Made by a program: the position numbers and the translations under genes. Positions 26,449 to 39,999 of a stretch of 64,000 nucleotides of DNA are shown one piece after another (the first letter of the stretch is position 1; the number at the start of each line of letters is the position of its first letter). This stretch comes from Hydrolagus colliei (Eukaryota): assembly GCA_035084275.1 (NCBI GenBank), contig CM068748.1, forward strand, positions 16,182,001 to 16,246,000, given 5' to 3'. The notes below the pieces were generated by a model. The model was not told where the DNA came from, ran no database searches, and worked only from the letters and a program-made list of their open reading frames with translations.

Positions 26449-28186
26449 AACTCAACCAAACTAACTGCACAACTCCTGGATTTGGTACAAATATTAATTG
26501 AGCTTTTTATTTTACTCCTGGGATATTGCCATACAATGTGTTTCCCTACTGTAATGTTCTAGTACAGTATGTATTTGAAAACATCACTGTTGATAACAAC
26601 TTTCAGAGACTTCAATGTTAAACTTCTTTACAACTGCAATGACTTGAAAAAGTGCCTCAACTAGAACTTTGTCGTTTATAAATGAGGGTAGCCATTATCC
26701 ACAGTAACTCCACCTTGCAGCATATTTTATGAAGCGATTTAAGATGTTTTCCCCATGTGAAAGGCATGATATATGTAACGATTATTATGCTGACTATAAA
26801 TATGTTCTTTGCTGGTTGACAAATTGGATTATTATTGTTCTATCTTGTTATGTTTCCTTATATATGAAGGGGGTGATAGTTCATACATTGGGCAATTTCT
26901 GAAATACATTCTTGGAAATAAAGCCCTTCTACTTCTGAAAACAGTACAAACATATTGACTCGGCCAGGCACAATGTCTCAGTTGAGGCTGACAATAGCTT
27001 CCTTTGATCCCAGCTTCCACTTGCTAGTCCAGAATGTGGTTTTGATCACCTTGAGACAAACTCCTGATGTGAACGGCACTATCCAAGTGTAATTTTGTAC
27101 CTGTTGTTATTGATGTCAGAGACTTACTTGGTGGCAGTTATGATGCAACCGTATCAATCATCATACTGCAGGTCTTTCACTGTACACAGTTATTAGCTCC
27201 CCACTCCATTCCAATGAACTAGTAGATAAATGCATGATGGGACACTTGCAGAGACTTTAATCTCCAAGGCAATGGAATGGGTGGCACAAATAAATTCACT
27301 ACTTGTGTAAGGGATGGAAACTTCAAGGTGTCTCAAAGAGCTTCACAAAATGTACTGTAAAGTGGACTGACTGTGTATTTTGTGGGCGAAAAATGGCACC
27401 CAATTGCATACAGCAGTAACTAGGCTGTGCACTAAAATTAATTGGATTATGCACATACTGAATGATGAGGATTAAATCCCAGATCTGAATGCCATGTTAT
27501 TAGACTGTGTGCATTATGGGGAAAAGTGGCAAGGCACAGAGTTTAATTATGGCAAAAGGATTATGAGAAACCAGTTTATGATTAAATGCTGAGATGTATG
27601 ACAAGTTTAGAAGGTGGTTTCACCTTCAAGCGTATGATAATTTCTCACACCTTTGCACTGCAGAACTACTCAGTTAACACCTCAATTCTATGGTGTGGGT
27701 GAGATATGCCGAAAGATGTATTCATACAGAGCTAAGAATCTTTATCTTGAATCTATATCTGCTGATGAACTCAACTGAATATTGTACTGTACATGCTTGA
27801 AAAAGACTATTAAAACTACCAGCGCAGTTTGCTTCAGTAATTGGAAACAATGGACACAATTTTATACTGCAATGATATTTAAACTCACATGCTAGCCAAA
27901 GACAATTTACTGCAAAACAACCCGAAGGCACCAATAATTGAATGCTTCCGATGTTTGATAACAATTGTGTCAGTTCTAAGCCAACCAAGAGACAAATGTG
28001 CAAGTAAATAGTGCATGTTGACTCATCTCTGATCACGAACATAAGGAATCATAGGGTTAGACATTTTTTAGTTTAACAATGTTCACACGTTCAACAATGG
28101 ACAGAAAGATCCTAAAAATATAATTTTTTAATTGACCCAGACTGTGACTCATCTATAGTTAGCAATCAGAATCTACCTCAAAATGC

Positions 28187-28600
28187 AAGATGCTGGTCCT
28201 CACCTTTAAACCCCTTTATGGTCTTGCCCCGCCCTACCTCTGCGACCTCCTAAGCCCCCATCAACCTGTCCACTCCATCCGCTCAGTGGGCTCCAGCCTG
28301 CTCCATGTCCCCTGACCCACCTGCTCCACCATCGGTGGGCAACCCTTTAGCCATTTTGCCTCCAATCTTTGAAATTTCATCATGCAATCCCTTCACCTTA
28401 CCCCTTCCCTAGCCTCCTTCAAGTCCCGCCTCCAGACCGTCCTCTTCAACAATGTCTCCTTCTCCCCCTTCCCTTAACCCTGCCCAATCCCGATCCCGAT
28501 CCTGACCCCAGCTCGAGTCTGAAATCACTGATTATCCAGCTCCTTGGCAAATCCTCCTGACATGAAAGGCGCTATACAAATGTAATTTTGTTGCTGTTTT
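28187..28600 (+). mobile_element. L2 LINE 3' fragment
   Basis: KMLVLTFKPLYGLAPPYLCDLLSPHQPVHSIRSVGSSLLHVP... followed by 3' UTR and TTG tail. Confidence 0.92.
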
Positions 28601-29422
28601 TCCTAGATTACAAAATCTGATTGTTTGTACCACCAAATCCAACTCCAGGTTTGAAGTATCACAAACTTCTCTTCCAAACTAAACTTTCAGGAATTAGATA
28701 AATGCAGCATTGCTATCCTGCAACTCTCCCCTCCTGCACATCACAATATAAATTAAAAGAGTTGATAAATCAACTGGGAACGTACGCTCAACAAAGCCAA
28801 AACCTACTCCTTAAAGGAATGTACTTCCTCATCCGCTCCCCAAGGGAACAACAGAAGGACATTGAAGCATGGTTCCCACCCATGGCAGCTATAAGGCAGG
28901 GTGAATATATTAGTACAAAGAATAGCACAGTTGTACTCCAATTTGAACAATCAGGACAGTTCCTCAATATTCCAACGACTGAGGAAGTTCCAAAAAAGTA
29001 TCCAACAGTGGATATTTGAAACAAACAAAATCAGTGTTTATAGATAAAACTATAGGCATGCATATGGTTTCACTGCATCAGTTTTGAAAGGGAAACAAGT
29101 GTTTGAAGGGGGAACATTACTCCCTGAGTTCAAACAAAATATGATAAATTGTTTCAAAGTTACTGAATTGACAAGACATTCTTTACAGTGCACACAGACA
29201 ATGAGGAATTTCCAGCAGCTCCAATTTCTAAAGCGAGCTAATGCTTCTGAATTTCTAAAGTTGTGTAGCAACTGTTGGACCTTGGATCAGTTGTCAGCAA
29301 TATCCACTTACTTATAGGGGAAGGGAGAGAATGGGGAGGAGTTGGTGATGGGGAGGCTTCGCAGTACAGTATATCCTATTACTAGGGAAAACCTGTACAA
29401 AAGCCAATATGCAGTTATTTCT

Positions 29423-29880
29423 CACAACAAAAAATGAATATTTGTATGGTGCCTTTCATTCCGGGAGGACGTCCCGGTGCGCTGGACCCGAGCTGGGGTC
29501 GGTATTAGGAAAGGTGAAGGGAGGGAAGGAAGGGGAAAGGGTGTGACTGATGGCATGGTCGAAGAGGAGGGTCTTTGGGACATCCTCCCGACGTGAAAGG
29601 CGCTATATAAGTGCAATTTTGTTGTTGTTGTTGTCTTGAGGTGGGACTTGGAGTAGGCTTGCGAGGGGGTGAGGCGGAGTGATTGTGGGATGGAATTTCA
29701 GAGGTTGGGGGAAGAGTGGCTGAAGGCTCGCCCATTGATGGCAGGGCAGGTAAGTTGGGGACATGGAAAAGGCCAGAGCCTATTAAGTGGAGGGAATGGA
29801 CAGGTTGGTAGAGGATTAGGAGGTCACGGAGTTAGGGTGGGGCAAGGCCATGGAGCGCTTTAATGGTGAGGACTAGAATT
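29423..29880 (-). mobile_element. L2 LINE 3' fragment interrupted by a nested L2 tail
   Basis: Collinear with the 3353-3757 and 28187-28600 copies except for an insertion at 29576-29632. Confidence 0.9.
29576..29632 (+). mobile_element. Nested L2 tail with 5-nt target-site duplication GTCTT
   Basis: gtctt|tgggacatcctcccgacgtgaaaggcgctatataagtgcaattttgttgttgttgtt|gtctt; uninterrupted copies read gaggagggtcttgagg. Confidence 0.88.
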
Positions 29881-29925
29881 GCCAAGTTTATTTGGGGGAT
29901 TTTAGTATGTACATTCAGGAGTAAT

Positions 29926-29995
29926 TTAAGCACTCTGAGATGCCGTCCGTGTGGAGGGAGCTATATAAATCGAAGCTGTTGTTGTTGTTGTTGTT
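29926..29995 (+). mobile_element. 3' tail of a second L2-like subfamily
   Basis: taaagcactctgagatgccgtccgtgtggagggagctatataaatcgaagctg(ttg)n; a similar tail lies at about 15610-15650. Confidence 0.6.
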
Positions 29996-31708
29996 GAGTA
30001 ACTCCTGTCTGCTTTCAATTAGTGCCCGATGACTTTAATGTTCTCCTCCACAAGCAGAAGAGGCGTCAGTTAAAAATTTCATCTGATGGGCACAACAATG
30101 GAGCACTGTAATGGACACACGTGAGATGACTCTTTCAATCCTTACCATTTTTACTTTGTCTAGCTATAATATAAGGGAACGTAAGGAAGTTTTGCTCCCA
30201 TTTTACAAAGTGGACAGTGGGAATTAGAAGAAAATGATTGAAAAATAGAATGGATAGTAAACACTAAAAATATAGAAATTGAAGCACAAATCACAATAGG
30301 GCAATCCATGTTGACTTTGTAAATCAACATCCCTGGATTTGGGAAGGTAAAATGAGAAAAGAGCTCAGCATGTGAACCTCACCCTGTGAGGTCCTAGGCT
30401 CAAACATATGCATCTGATTCTATCTCCAACACATTTTTCCTACCTTAAACTCATGCGTCTGCTTACACTTGATTAAGAAGTGATCCAATGTCCATTTAAA
30501 TCTTTTAGTTGATAGATAATGTTATATGTTTCAACAGGGCAAAGCATTATGTAGCTAGATTGGAATGCTTTACAACATTGAATACAGTCTCTGAAAGTCC
30601 AAACCCTACACTGAAGTATTTTGCTTTGCTGTAAAACCTTGAGATCTTGTTGTAGCAATATGTCAATGCAGTCTTAAATTTACATACTGTGTCATTTTTG
30701 TTCTGATTCTGAATACAGCTTGACAGACCCATGAAGACTGTGTGGTTGTTCAGTCATATGGCAGGACAGAACTAGACAGGGCTGAAGAAAAAGCGCAGCA
30801 ACCTTAAGGAAGAAAACATTTGTAGGGTATGATATTCCAGAATCTCAGAATTCAGTCACCTAAAAATGTGTTTGCTGGCCGGATGTTGGAAAATAGCCAT
30901 TGTTAAATGTGATTATTTTCTACATTGAATTGTCAGATGTTTTCTTTATGGTGCACCTTACCTTTTTAAAAATCATCATAACACACATCAAAACTAAATT
31001 ATTTTTAACTTATGTGCAACAATTCTACAAAGAGCTTTGCAGTGTTCTATACAATAGACTTGTTTCTCTTAGACAACTTAGTGATAGGGTTACTTCCTAC
31101 ACAAGATTGCTTTGGAAATATTTAAAACAAGAGAATCAACCACAATAGCTTTAACATATTTGTATCAGAACACATCAAAGATGCAGACAAAACGTAGGCT
31201 GTTAAATCTCTGGTTGTAGAGTACTTAAAATTGCAGAGTACTTGCCAAAGGCTGTCACTCATTTATATGGGAAACAAAGGAATTCAGCTTTCAGGAAAAC
31301 ATTCAGTTGACCTGAGTAGCAGATAATTTTACACTGTGATAGACGATAATATTTCAGTACACTGCTGAGTTGGAAGAAATAAATAATTTGCGCAGCCCTT
31401 GGGATGCGCATTTATGGCAAACCTCCAGATAAACGCAATCATAAGTTAGTATTAATTGAAAAAAGACTTGACATGCCCAAATATTTTACTCTTTCAGTTT
31501 ATCCATATAAATAATAATAAATTTATAACGTGCCAGCTCTCTCTGTCCAGCTTCCTGTGAGAGTTCTGTGGTACATTATCACCATATTGTCTATATTGTG
31601 GGGCAAATCTGAGTCAACTTCATACAATTCAGCAGCATTTGGTCTGAGCTTTAGTTCTTTGGTCAGCCCAGGTATCTGACACAAGCAGATGCCCTTCATC
31701 ACCGTGCT

Positions 31709-32020
31709 TAATAATAATAATAATCCTTGCATTTGCTATAGCGCTTTTCACGATTTAAGACATTTCAAAGTGCTTCACAGAATATACTGTAAAGTGAATT
31801 GACTGTATATTTTGTGGGCAAAATGCAGCGGCCAGTTGTACACAGCGGTGTCCCACAAACAGTCGGGATTGAAGTAACCAATTTATTATTAAAAAAATGT
31901 TTAGGGATTATTAAGCATGTTATCAGGCAATGAAACCTGCCCAAGGTTTCGTCCCATCTGGAAACAAACCCTGGTTTCTCTCTTGGAAGGCAAGTGCTCA
32001 AACCACTGAGCTACAAGACT
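31709..32020 (-). mobile_element. Full-length tRNA-derived Deu-domain SINE
   Basis: Head GTAGCTCAGTGG (A box) ... GGTTTGTTTCC (B-box-like), Deu-like core, L2-like tail and (ATT)n. Confidence 0.92.
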
Positions 32021-32217
32021 TAAGAAATATCCAAACCAGAGTGAGTATTCCACATATATATGCCACCTACACATGGAAATCTCCCCAGGTTGTGGAATGG
32101 AATATGCACTCCATGCTTACCTAAATCTGTGTTAGGTATAGGTTGGCAGTGTGAAGCACAGATTGGCAAGGGTCAATGTTTCAGAACCACAGAATAGGTG
32201 ATGGGGTGATCACCTAC

Positions 32218-32344
32218 CGCTGAGACAGGCTGGCTGGACTACCATCACTCATCTCACGTTGGAGTCCTATGGACTGGACTACTGAGACTGCCACAGAGGA
32301 GTGACTCGATTCTGACATCCCGTTGCCTACATTGGTCTGAGGTG
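32218..32344 (-). CDS. Internal coding exon (127 nt, phase 1 to 2), (A)PQTNVGNGMSESSHSSVAVSVVQSIGLQREMSDGSPASLSQ(R); unidentified protein
   Basis: Acceptor ttttcacttcgcgttcag and donor CG|gtaggt. Only this frame is open and it continues exon 33048-33135. GC and CpG content are raised relative to the flanks. Confidence 0.75.
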
Positions 32345-33047
32345 CTGAACGCGAAGTGAAAATGATAGTTTGCAAACTAAGTGGCATCACTGAGTTGTCC
32401 CATCGCCAACTTAATCCAGCGCCCTCCTCTTCTTGCAAGCAATTCATGTCAAAACCTAATCCAATTTTATCGTGTTTGATAAGAAAACTGAATACAAATA
32501 GAGCTATCTTCGGCATTTTGTCATATCTCGATGTTACTGCTGCTGAAAAGTGAACGCTACAACACATTGCATTCACAAATTTAATTATATAAAACATTCT
32601 TAATTTTTGTTCAATAATAACAATAAAACCTGATAAATATATAATTTAACGAACAGTAAGAAATTCGGTGTTAGCCACTGTGTTACAAATACATTCCTTT
32701 AGCTATGAAAATTAATCATGAACTATTAAATGTGGACAATGGACAGGTCACTGACAATTAAAACTAATGGCAGATTTGATGTATAGATTAGTCAGAGATA
32801 TTCACTGCAATACATCTGTAACTCATAAACTAGGAAATGTGTGCTCATGCTAATAATCTCTATGCCAATATTAATAACTAAATAAATTACCTGTAATTCA
32901 GTGCCAAGGATAAATACTTAGGGCCTTTGATATGTACATCAAATAAGTGAGTCATATTCCTGTGCTTGTGAGTTATTTGCTTCTATTAAAATTTCCATTT
33001 CAAATATGTATATTTTTTACCTATGTCTCTCCCACCTTGTCACTTAC

Positions 33048-33135
33048 CTCTGTGATTGGAGGGATCCCGGTTTGCTTGCGGCAATGGGGTGTACTCCTGC
33101 GAGGCTGGTGTGCTGGAGCCAAAGCCACTGGAAGC
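33048..33135 (-). CDS. Internal coding exon (88 nt, phase 0 to 1), ASSGFGSSTPASQEYTPLPQANRDPSNHR; unidentified protein
   Basis: Acceptor ttgtttatcatgcag and consensus donor GAG|gtaagt. GC-rich island in AT-rich context; splices in frame to 32218-32344. Confidence 0.8.
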
Positions 33136-35999
33136 CTGCATGATAAACAATTATGTCAATATGACGGCTGAAAGTCAAAGGGCAACGTAAAGATCCTCTT
33201 TATTTTCTTTCTGCTATCTCTCTAACTAGCAGGGAGCAGACTGTTTTGTCATGCTCAGTCACACTCTCGCAGCTGATGGCTTCTCACACAAGAGTCTTAG
33301 TCAAGGTTGCACACAGCAGGGAACTCCATCAGCAGTGCCAGTTCTCTCCTACTTCCTTCATCCCATATGAACTTTTAAATGAAGCGCGTCACCCAAGTCA
33401 CATTTGGCAATACAGCTCGAAATCCACATTTCACTCCCAACGCTCAAGTTTTTGATTTTCCAACTCTTGTTTTTAAGATAATCTAACCTTTCACTTGAAC
33501 CAAACAGGTTGGTTACAAACACAACTAAACCAAACCAATGTAGCAATGCATCTTGCAACATTTTAGTTTTCTCCCAAAAATATCAAAAATGAAAAGGCGA
33601 CATGAAAAATATTTCTCACCTGCACCTTCAATTTGTAGAGCAAAACTTTTAGGAGCAACATTTACAAGAAAACAACTTTCAAATTTCAAAAACAAAAACC
33701 GATTACTGTATAACCCACTGCCTATATATCAATTGACAGGAGTTTATCACCCAAATCAATTCATACTGTGCTGCAACAAAAAGCTGCTTTCATCTGCATC
33801 TTGTTTATATCTGAATGAATGTAGTGCTTTCTGGAATGACGTTTATTCAATCAACAAGTTAATTTATTCAAATAAATAAACAGAACTTTTTTGGCTGCAG
33901 CTTTATATACAATAATTGATTTCCCTGGTGTTACAAGAAAATAGCTGGTCAGGAACATTTGAATGAAAGAGTTAACATCATGTGATTCTTTTAAAACAAG
34001 TTTATTTGAGACACTCTTTCTACATTTCTTTTTTGTGTTTGTTCAGATTTTCCGACGAATGTCCCTTGGCAGTCTGTCAGGGCGGATCTATAGTTGACAG
34101 TATATGAGAGGAACCTCTATCTTCAGGTAAATGGGTGATGTCACAGGGTGTTCTTGATCTCTCCTCGCCATTCTCCAATTGGAAGCAGGTGGAATTTGCA
34201 ACATGACCCCCTCCATGGATGGAGCTCGCTATTAGAATGTTACAGGTTATCTGTTGACCTCCTCGGGCTCAATATTTCAATTGACCTGTTTTACATAAAA
34301 CCTGACTCAAGGGCACTTTCATTCCCAGTTGCTTTTTAGCAGAGTAGGAAAATGTTTAGCAATCAACATTGCACCAGAAGTAGAACAACATTTGTCTTTT
34401 CCTACAATTTTAATTTCTCATCTTTTACCTGATGCCAACCTTAAAAAAAGGTACAGATAAATTAAAAAAGAGTAATCTTATGTAAATGCCAATCCCAATA
34501 TGATACAGCCGTCTGGATTCAAAAATGTTAAAAACAATGCATCAAAAATATTTGACTTCCAGGTTCTCAGGTCATCGTTTATACCACCTCCTGCACATAG
34601 CACTGCTGATGTCACTTCCTTCACAAAATGATGTCCTGCTCAAAGCATGTGCACATGCAGCAAGTGTAGTTACTTATGGTTCCTATGTGTAGCAACTAAG
34701 ACTGACCCCATGGTGACCTCAGATCCAAACATCGGCCATTTGTTTGTGTGGGTAGCTGACTAGTTAACCCAGGAAGCTGGATTTATCGCAGCATGCAAAC
34801 CCAGGATTAACCAGACCACGTTCTAATCTCTGTGCAAGCATCAAACCACAGGCAGTCAGATCACCAAATGTCACAATTTTATTCCCTCCACTGAAGGAAA
34901 AAAATTAGTCCCTGTCTCAACTATGAACCTTGTCTCAGAGATGCATTTTACAGATTCAGTAAATAGCCTCCAGCCAGGACCCTTCCTCCAACACTGATAT
35001 GCACTTGATAGAAGGTTGACAAAAGAATGGTATTTATTCCAACCGTGAAGATGGGTTGGATTGTCCTACTGCCCTGATTGTTGAGGGGAGAGTGGTAAAT
35101 TGGAATTAAGGATTACCTTATAACATTTTGAAATAGACTTGAATTGCGCAAGAAAATATAGAAAACTTGCATATAGAAAACTGAACAAATATCTTAGATT
35201 ACACAAATCCAAACCCATTTCTAAATTGCCATAAAACCAATCAACCATATTCCTGAAAAGTGATATTCAGCACTTGTAGTGAATGGGTAACCTTTCCCTC
35301 CCTCCCTACAGAACTTGAGATAAGCATAGCTTTGAACTAAGAAATGGGTCCACATTAGAACACTGAAAGATCATTCCCTGCAGCAGCTACATGATGCATT
35401 CACTGTACTCTGAGAAAATGACAGTACTAATTAATTACCAATGCACAAGCAATCCTTTTTAATTCAGCCTCTGTGCAGGAATAAGGATAAAATCCACTTG
35501 GACAAATGCTTGTCTTGAGACCATATTAACATTAAAAATCATCATTCCCCTTCCCGTTTCCTGACCACTCAATATTCAACCATGGTTTCATATTTACAGA
35601 AGGCATTTATTCTGCTTTATAATGCGGAGTGCAGATGTACAAGTATCCAGATCTCGCATGAGGGTTGATAGAGAAAGGGTAAGGAGCAAGCGAGAGCAAA
35701 CATCATCTGGCAAACCTGCATTCCTTTGTGCCATTTCAAATCAGTGATTTACCGAAAGGAAAAAAAGTCAACTCAAGATGTGTAGTGCTGACTGATGAGT
35801 TGAACAATGATTCTCCCACATGTAAAGCCAGCTATAAAGGGCACAATAGATTTCCTTTTAGGAATCATGAAATATAAATTAGGGCCATTGTTTTCATTCA
35901 TGTTTTGAAAACTCAGAATTTGTCCACAGCAGCTATTCTTGTTCATTGGTCTGAACATCTTAGGTTGGTGGGCTCAGTGATCTCAAACTATAGCAGTTC

Positions 36000-36125
36000 A
36001 ACTTTCTGGTAACCTGTTCAGTAGTGAATTACCTTCTAGTTAAAGAAATCCGTCTTGAAATTACTCTTGAAATTGCTCCTTGCAACCCTAAACCTGTGTC
36101 CTCTTGTTCCATGTCTCAGTGCATC
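36000..36125 (-). mobile_element. Degenerate CR1 3' ORF2 fragment
   Basis: Minus translation TRGHRFRVARSNFKSNFKTDFFN.KVI resembles the CR1 TRGH..KL...R..FF..RVV motif. Confidence 0.65.
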
Positions 36126-37009
36126 CGAAAGTACGCAATAGGATCTATGACTTTCAGATGGCTGAACATATAGATTCATCATAGGATTTCCCATTAACTC
36201 ATAATGAAAAGATGATTTGTTTCCATAAACAGCTCATGATGGTTTCTATAGTTGGAACTATTTAAACATATATATTATTCCAACAAACATTGAAAGTGGA
36301 GTTGATCCTCCAGCTGGAGGCAGATAGCTCCAATGCGTAACTTGCCAGATTGATGTTGGCCTGAAAATCAAACTACAAAAGCCCAAATAGTGTTGATCTC
36401 TACTTGGCTCAGGTAACAATGTTGCTTTCAATCTTCATTACGGTAAATTTTTTTATACAATATCGAGTATGTGCTTGTGATCTCTTATCAGAGCCGACTT
36501 CTCTTTTCTCTGCCTTCCAATGCCAGAATTGATCGATGTGCTCTGGACTGAAGAGTGTTGGTCTCCTCCATGCCAATGCTCAGCCGGGAACATGGTCATG
36601 ACCAAAGCACAGCACCAATACTCTGGACTAACATCATCACATTGCCAAGTCTGAGCATGTGTGTGCATCATTGGGTTGCCTAACTCTTCAAAAGGATATT
36701 TCTGCCCAGTTAGCACAGGTAGGAGAGCGTGAGAACTTCAGCTTGATGGCTAGATGCCCAACATTTCAAACTGTGCATCTTTCCTAATCTTTGTACATAC
36801 CAAATGGCTTTGATGCTCACACACATATATCTGTTCTTGACTCTAGACAAAGGTGAGTTGTTTTACTTTTACAGAAAAATTCTCCTACTTAAGCACTTCA
36901 CTTAAATGACATTTTTCATGTGCGGCACCGGACAGAGCTTACAAGCTTGCACGCAATGAGAGGCATCGCAACAAATATTGTTCCTCTCCTGGCATCAGCA
37001 AGGGAACAC

Positions 37010-37220
37010 TGTCCAGCAGGGGTCACTGTATGGCAACAATGAGGGACCTTAGGTTGATCTTCCCTTCCCTAGCCCGCAGGCACTAAACCCAGTACCTGCT
37101 GTCCACACCCGAGCTGGGATCAGTCAACACAAGACTTGGATATTACACCTATATCTTCCTAGTCTGTATGGTTTAGTTTCCCGTTTGGCAATGGTTTTAC
37201 AGATTGAGCCATTGGAGCAG
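37010..37220 (-). mobile_element. Second-family old SINE-like repeat, 5' half
   Basis: Reverse complement shows a TGGCTCAATC head, accatacagactaggaag, gggctagggaaggg and cagtgacccctgctgg, similar to the 13455-13800 copy. Confidence 0.55.
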
Positions 37221-39002
37221 TAAATTAATTCTGTACATCTCAGTACCACCCTGCACTGTGCAAGTACCCAACTAAATCTTTGTAGAGGAACAAGAAAACA
37301 CATCTTTGTACAAACAGATGCAAGTTAACCTGTTTGCACCTGAATCTGTGTCTACCTTGTAATTGCAAACAGCCAAGAATCAATTGCCATGTAAGTGTTT
37401 AACTGAAGTTATGTGTCACAATCTCTTGGCAGCATGTATCGGTAGGGCAGGAAATGGATCCCTGGATGTCTTTCATCTCTGTAAAGAGGGTGGCTTTGAT
37501 TAAGCTGGTGAAAGATGAGCAAGATATGAAGCTCCTCTTTACCCTTTCTCCATTCCCACATTCTCCCCCGCACTCGCCCAACCCCCCCGCCCACCCCCAT
37601 CACCACCCTCCACCTCCTGCTGTTTTGTGGAGTCTAGAAAAAGTCTAACTTTCTGTCAGTGATCTACGAACTGGGTCAGAGGTTAACAGAGGTCAAGCTA
37701 CTGCCGAAACTGACACTTCAATGTGCCCTGCTGTGTACCAAGAATCCAACAGGTGGCACGACATCACTGTGCTTTAAGGAACAGAACTGAGTAAAACAAG
37801 ATCTATTTAATTAGGGCATAATAAGGAAGATCAACGCAAGGTATGCTGATCCGAAGCAACTAAACAGTCCGACTTATTTCTGGATCACGCAGAGGACCCA
37901 CTTTCACAAACATGGGGTTAAAAAGGCATGTTCTGAGGAGAGTTCACATCTCTGAATAGTTCCTTGATTCAAGAAATGTGTCTTAGTCTGGTTCAGCTGT
38001 ACAACATGTATATTCAGTCCCCCTGTGCCAAGTCGTCAGATGTTTATCTTGAACCTTCAATGTTTTTTTTACTTGTTAACCATTCTCATATCCTCTCACC
38101 ATTTGGCTTTAATATCCTAAATGCTTTTTTAAGCAAACTTCTCTCTGTCCTGACTAATTTCCTCTCCAGACGACAGATCAGAGGCTTTCCTCACCACTGT
38201 TCCTTTGGACCTGTGAAGCCCCCTCCTAATCCTGCTGCTTGTCTACAATTAATCTTTCCAGTTGCCACATTATTAACACTACCACCCACAGACAGAGGAT
38301 GCCTGAGCTCCGCTGGACACTAACTCCTGCTGCAGAGTCAAAAATGTCAATCAAGCTCCAGCCAGAAAGCTGCCTGCTGTCAACATCAGAGATTTCATAT
38401 CCCTCTGGCCTTGCTGATCAAACATTTCTTCCCTGGAAGATTAATTCAGTGTCCCACCCATTTCCTCCCATATCCTCTTGCCTTTTAAGTTTATTCAATG
38501 ACCCATCCTGTATCGGAGGAAGGGGTAGTTGAATGCCCTTAAAAACTGAGCAAACTGAAGCATAAATCCCATGTGCTATAACATTTATTTCCCCTCTAAA
38601 GATGATCAGATTAGGCACGGCCAACATGATTTTCTTTGATCGTATGTTACAAGGGTTCACACAAATATAATCGCAAGATGAGGAGCGAATTGATTTGGTC
38701 GACAAGGTTACAGTGAACCTACGTAAAAGCTAATCGATTCTCCTTTGTTCAACACCTTTCTGTTCTTTTCTCGACTGACAGGATGATACTTTGAAAGAGA
38801 ACTAAACTACCAGCTCTGCAATGCCAGCTGTGACCATTTTTGCACATATAATGCACATACTGTATCTTTCAGGCAAGCTGACCAACCTTGAACCAAACGA
38901 ATTTGATCACATTTCCACTAAAAACTTGCAGACCTTATGAATATTACAGGTAGATGTCATGCCACACCCAATTATGGGCAGAAGGGGGTGCTGTGTGCAG
39001 TG

Positions 39003-39040
39003 ATATATATATATATATATCTATATATATATATATATAT
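39003..39040. repeat. Interrupted (AT)n microsatellite
   Basis: (AT)9 CT (AT)9. Confidence 0.95.
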
Positions 39041-39434
39041 TTTAAAAATTCTTATTCTGACCACAAAAATTAATAAAGAGATATGAGGCAAGAATGTGTT
39101 TCTTGCCCCCTTACAAGATTAACAGCAAATAGCTGGGAGTTAGTTTAACAGCTGGGAGTTAGTATTTTCTCTCTTGTTTTGTAACTAGTGACAGGTAGGA
39201 TTATTAAATAACCACATATTCCAAATTATTCCAAATATTCAGAAATATGGTTATGTGTTTACCAAAGAAAAATCGTTACACTTGTCCCTGATCATTTGGT
39301 TTTGCAACTCATAGAGAGAAATTCTACTTAGGTCTAGAGATTTACTCTATTTACAGTGTGTGCAGTTCAGAGTGTCCAGATTTAGGTAAATTCTTTAATG
39401 CAGCCTTAATTGTGATGTATTTTTCTTACAAATG

Positions 39435-39870
39435 TTGTCCTAATCTTTTAATTGTCCTCATGTTCAAGGCTCTCCACGGCCTTGCCCCCTCCTATCTCTG
39501 AACTGTTGACCCCCTATTATCCTGTCCACTCCCTCCATTCAGCGGGCTCTGGCCCACTCCTTGTGTCCTGCCCAAACTACCCAACCATCGGTGGCTGAGC
39601 TTTCCGCCTCTCTGCCCCACCCTTTGGAACTCCATTCCACAATAAAATAATAAATAGTCCTTGCATTTGATATTGCAAGGATTGCAATATTGCCTTGTTC
39701 CCTCCCTTACCTCCTTTAAAGCCTGACTCAAGACCCTCCTTTTCCACCGTGCCTTCAGCTGTGGCCCCTAACACACTGCCCTCCCTCATCCGACCATTCT
39801 CTCCTCTACCCTATGCTCAGGTCTTGACCCCTGACTGTTCAGTGTCTCGGGAAGTCCTCCTGATGTAAAT
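39435..39870 (+). mobile_element. L2 LINE 3' fragment with a small internal SINE-tail insertion
   Basis: ttcaaggctctccacggccttgccccctcctatctc...ctttggaactccattcc...ctcaagaccctccttttc, with an antisense SINE tail at about 39640-39690. Confidence 0.85.
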
Positions 39871-39999
39871 ATTGTTTATCAGTGAGATTAAATTTTACAA
39901 ATTGCAAATTCTGCACACTGTATAATACAACATAAAGTAAAATCTCTACCCAGGTGGAATTTCTCCCTTCAGGTTAAGATGAGTTTGTATAGTAATAAA

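Noticed and set aside
34098-34115. cagtatatgagaggaacc resembles the 28S rRNA sarcin-ricin loop
   Set aside because: Short imperfect match with no flanking rRNA similarity.
38040-38190. Possible decayed LINE RT fragment (LVNHSHIL...LTNFLSRRQIR)
   Set aside because: The similarity is too weak to call by eye and needs a profile search.
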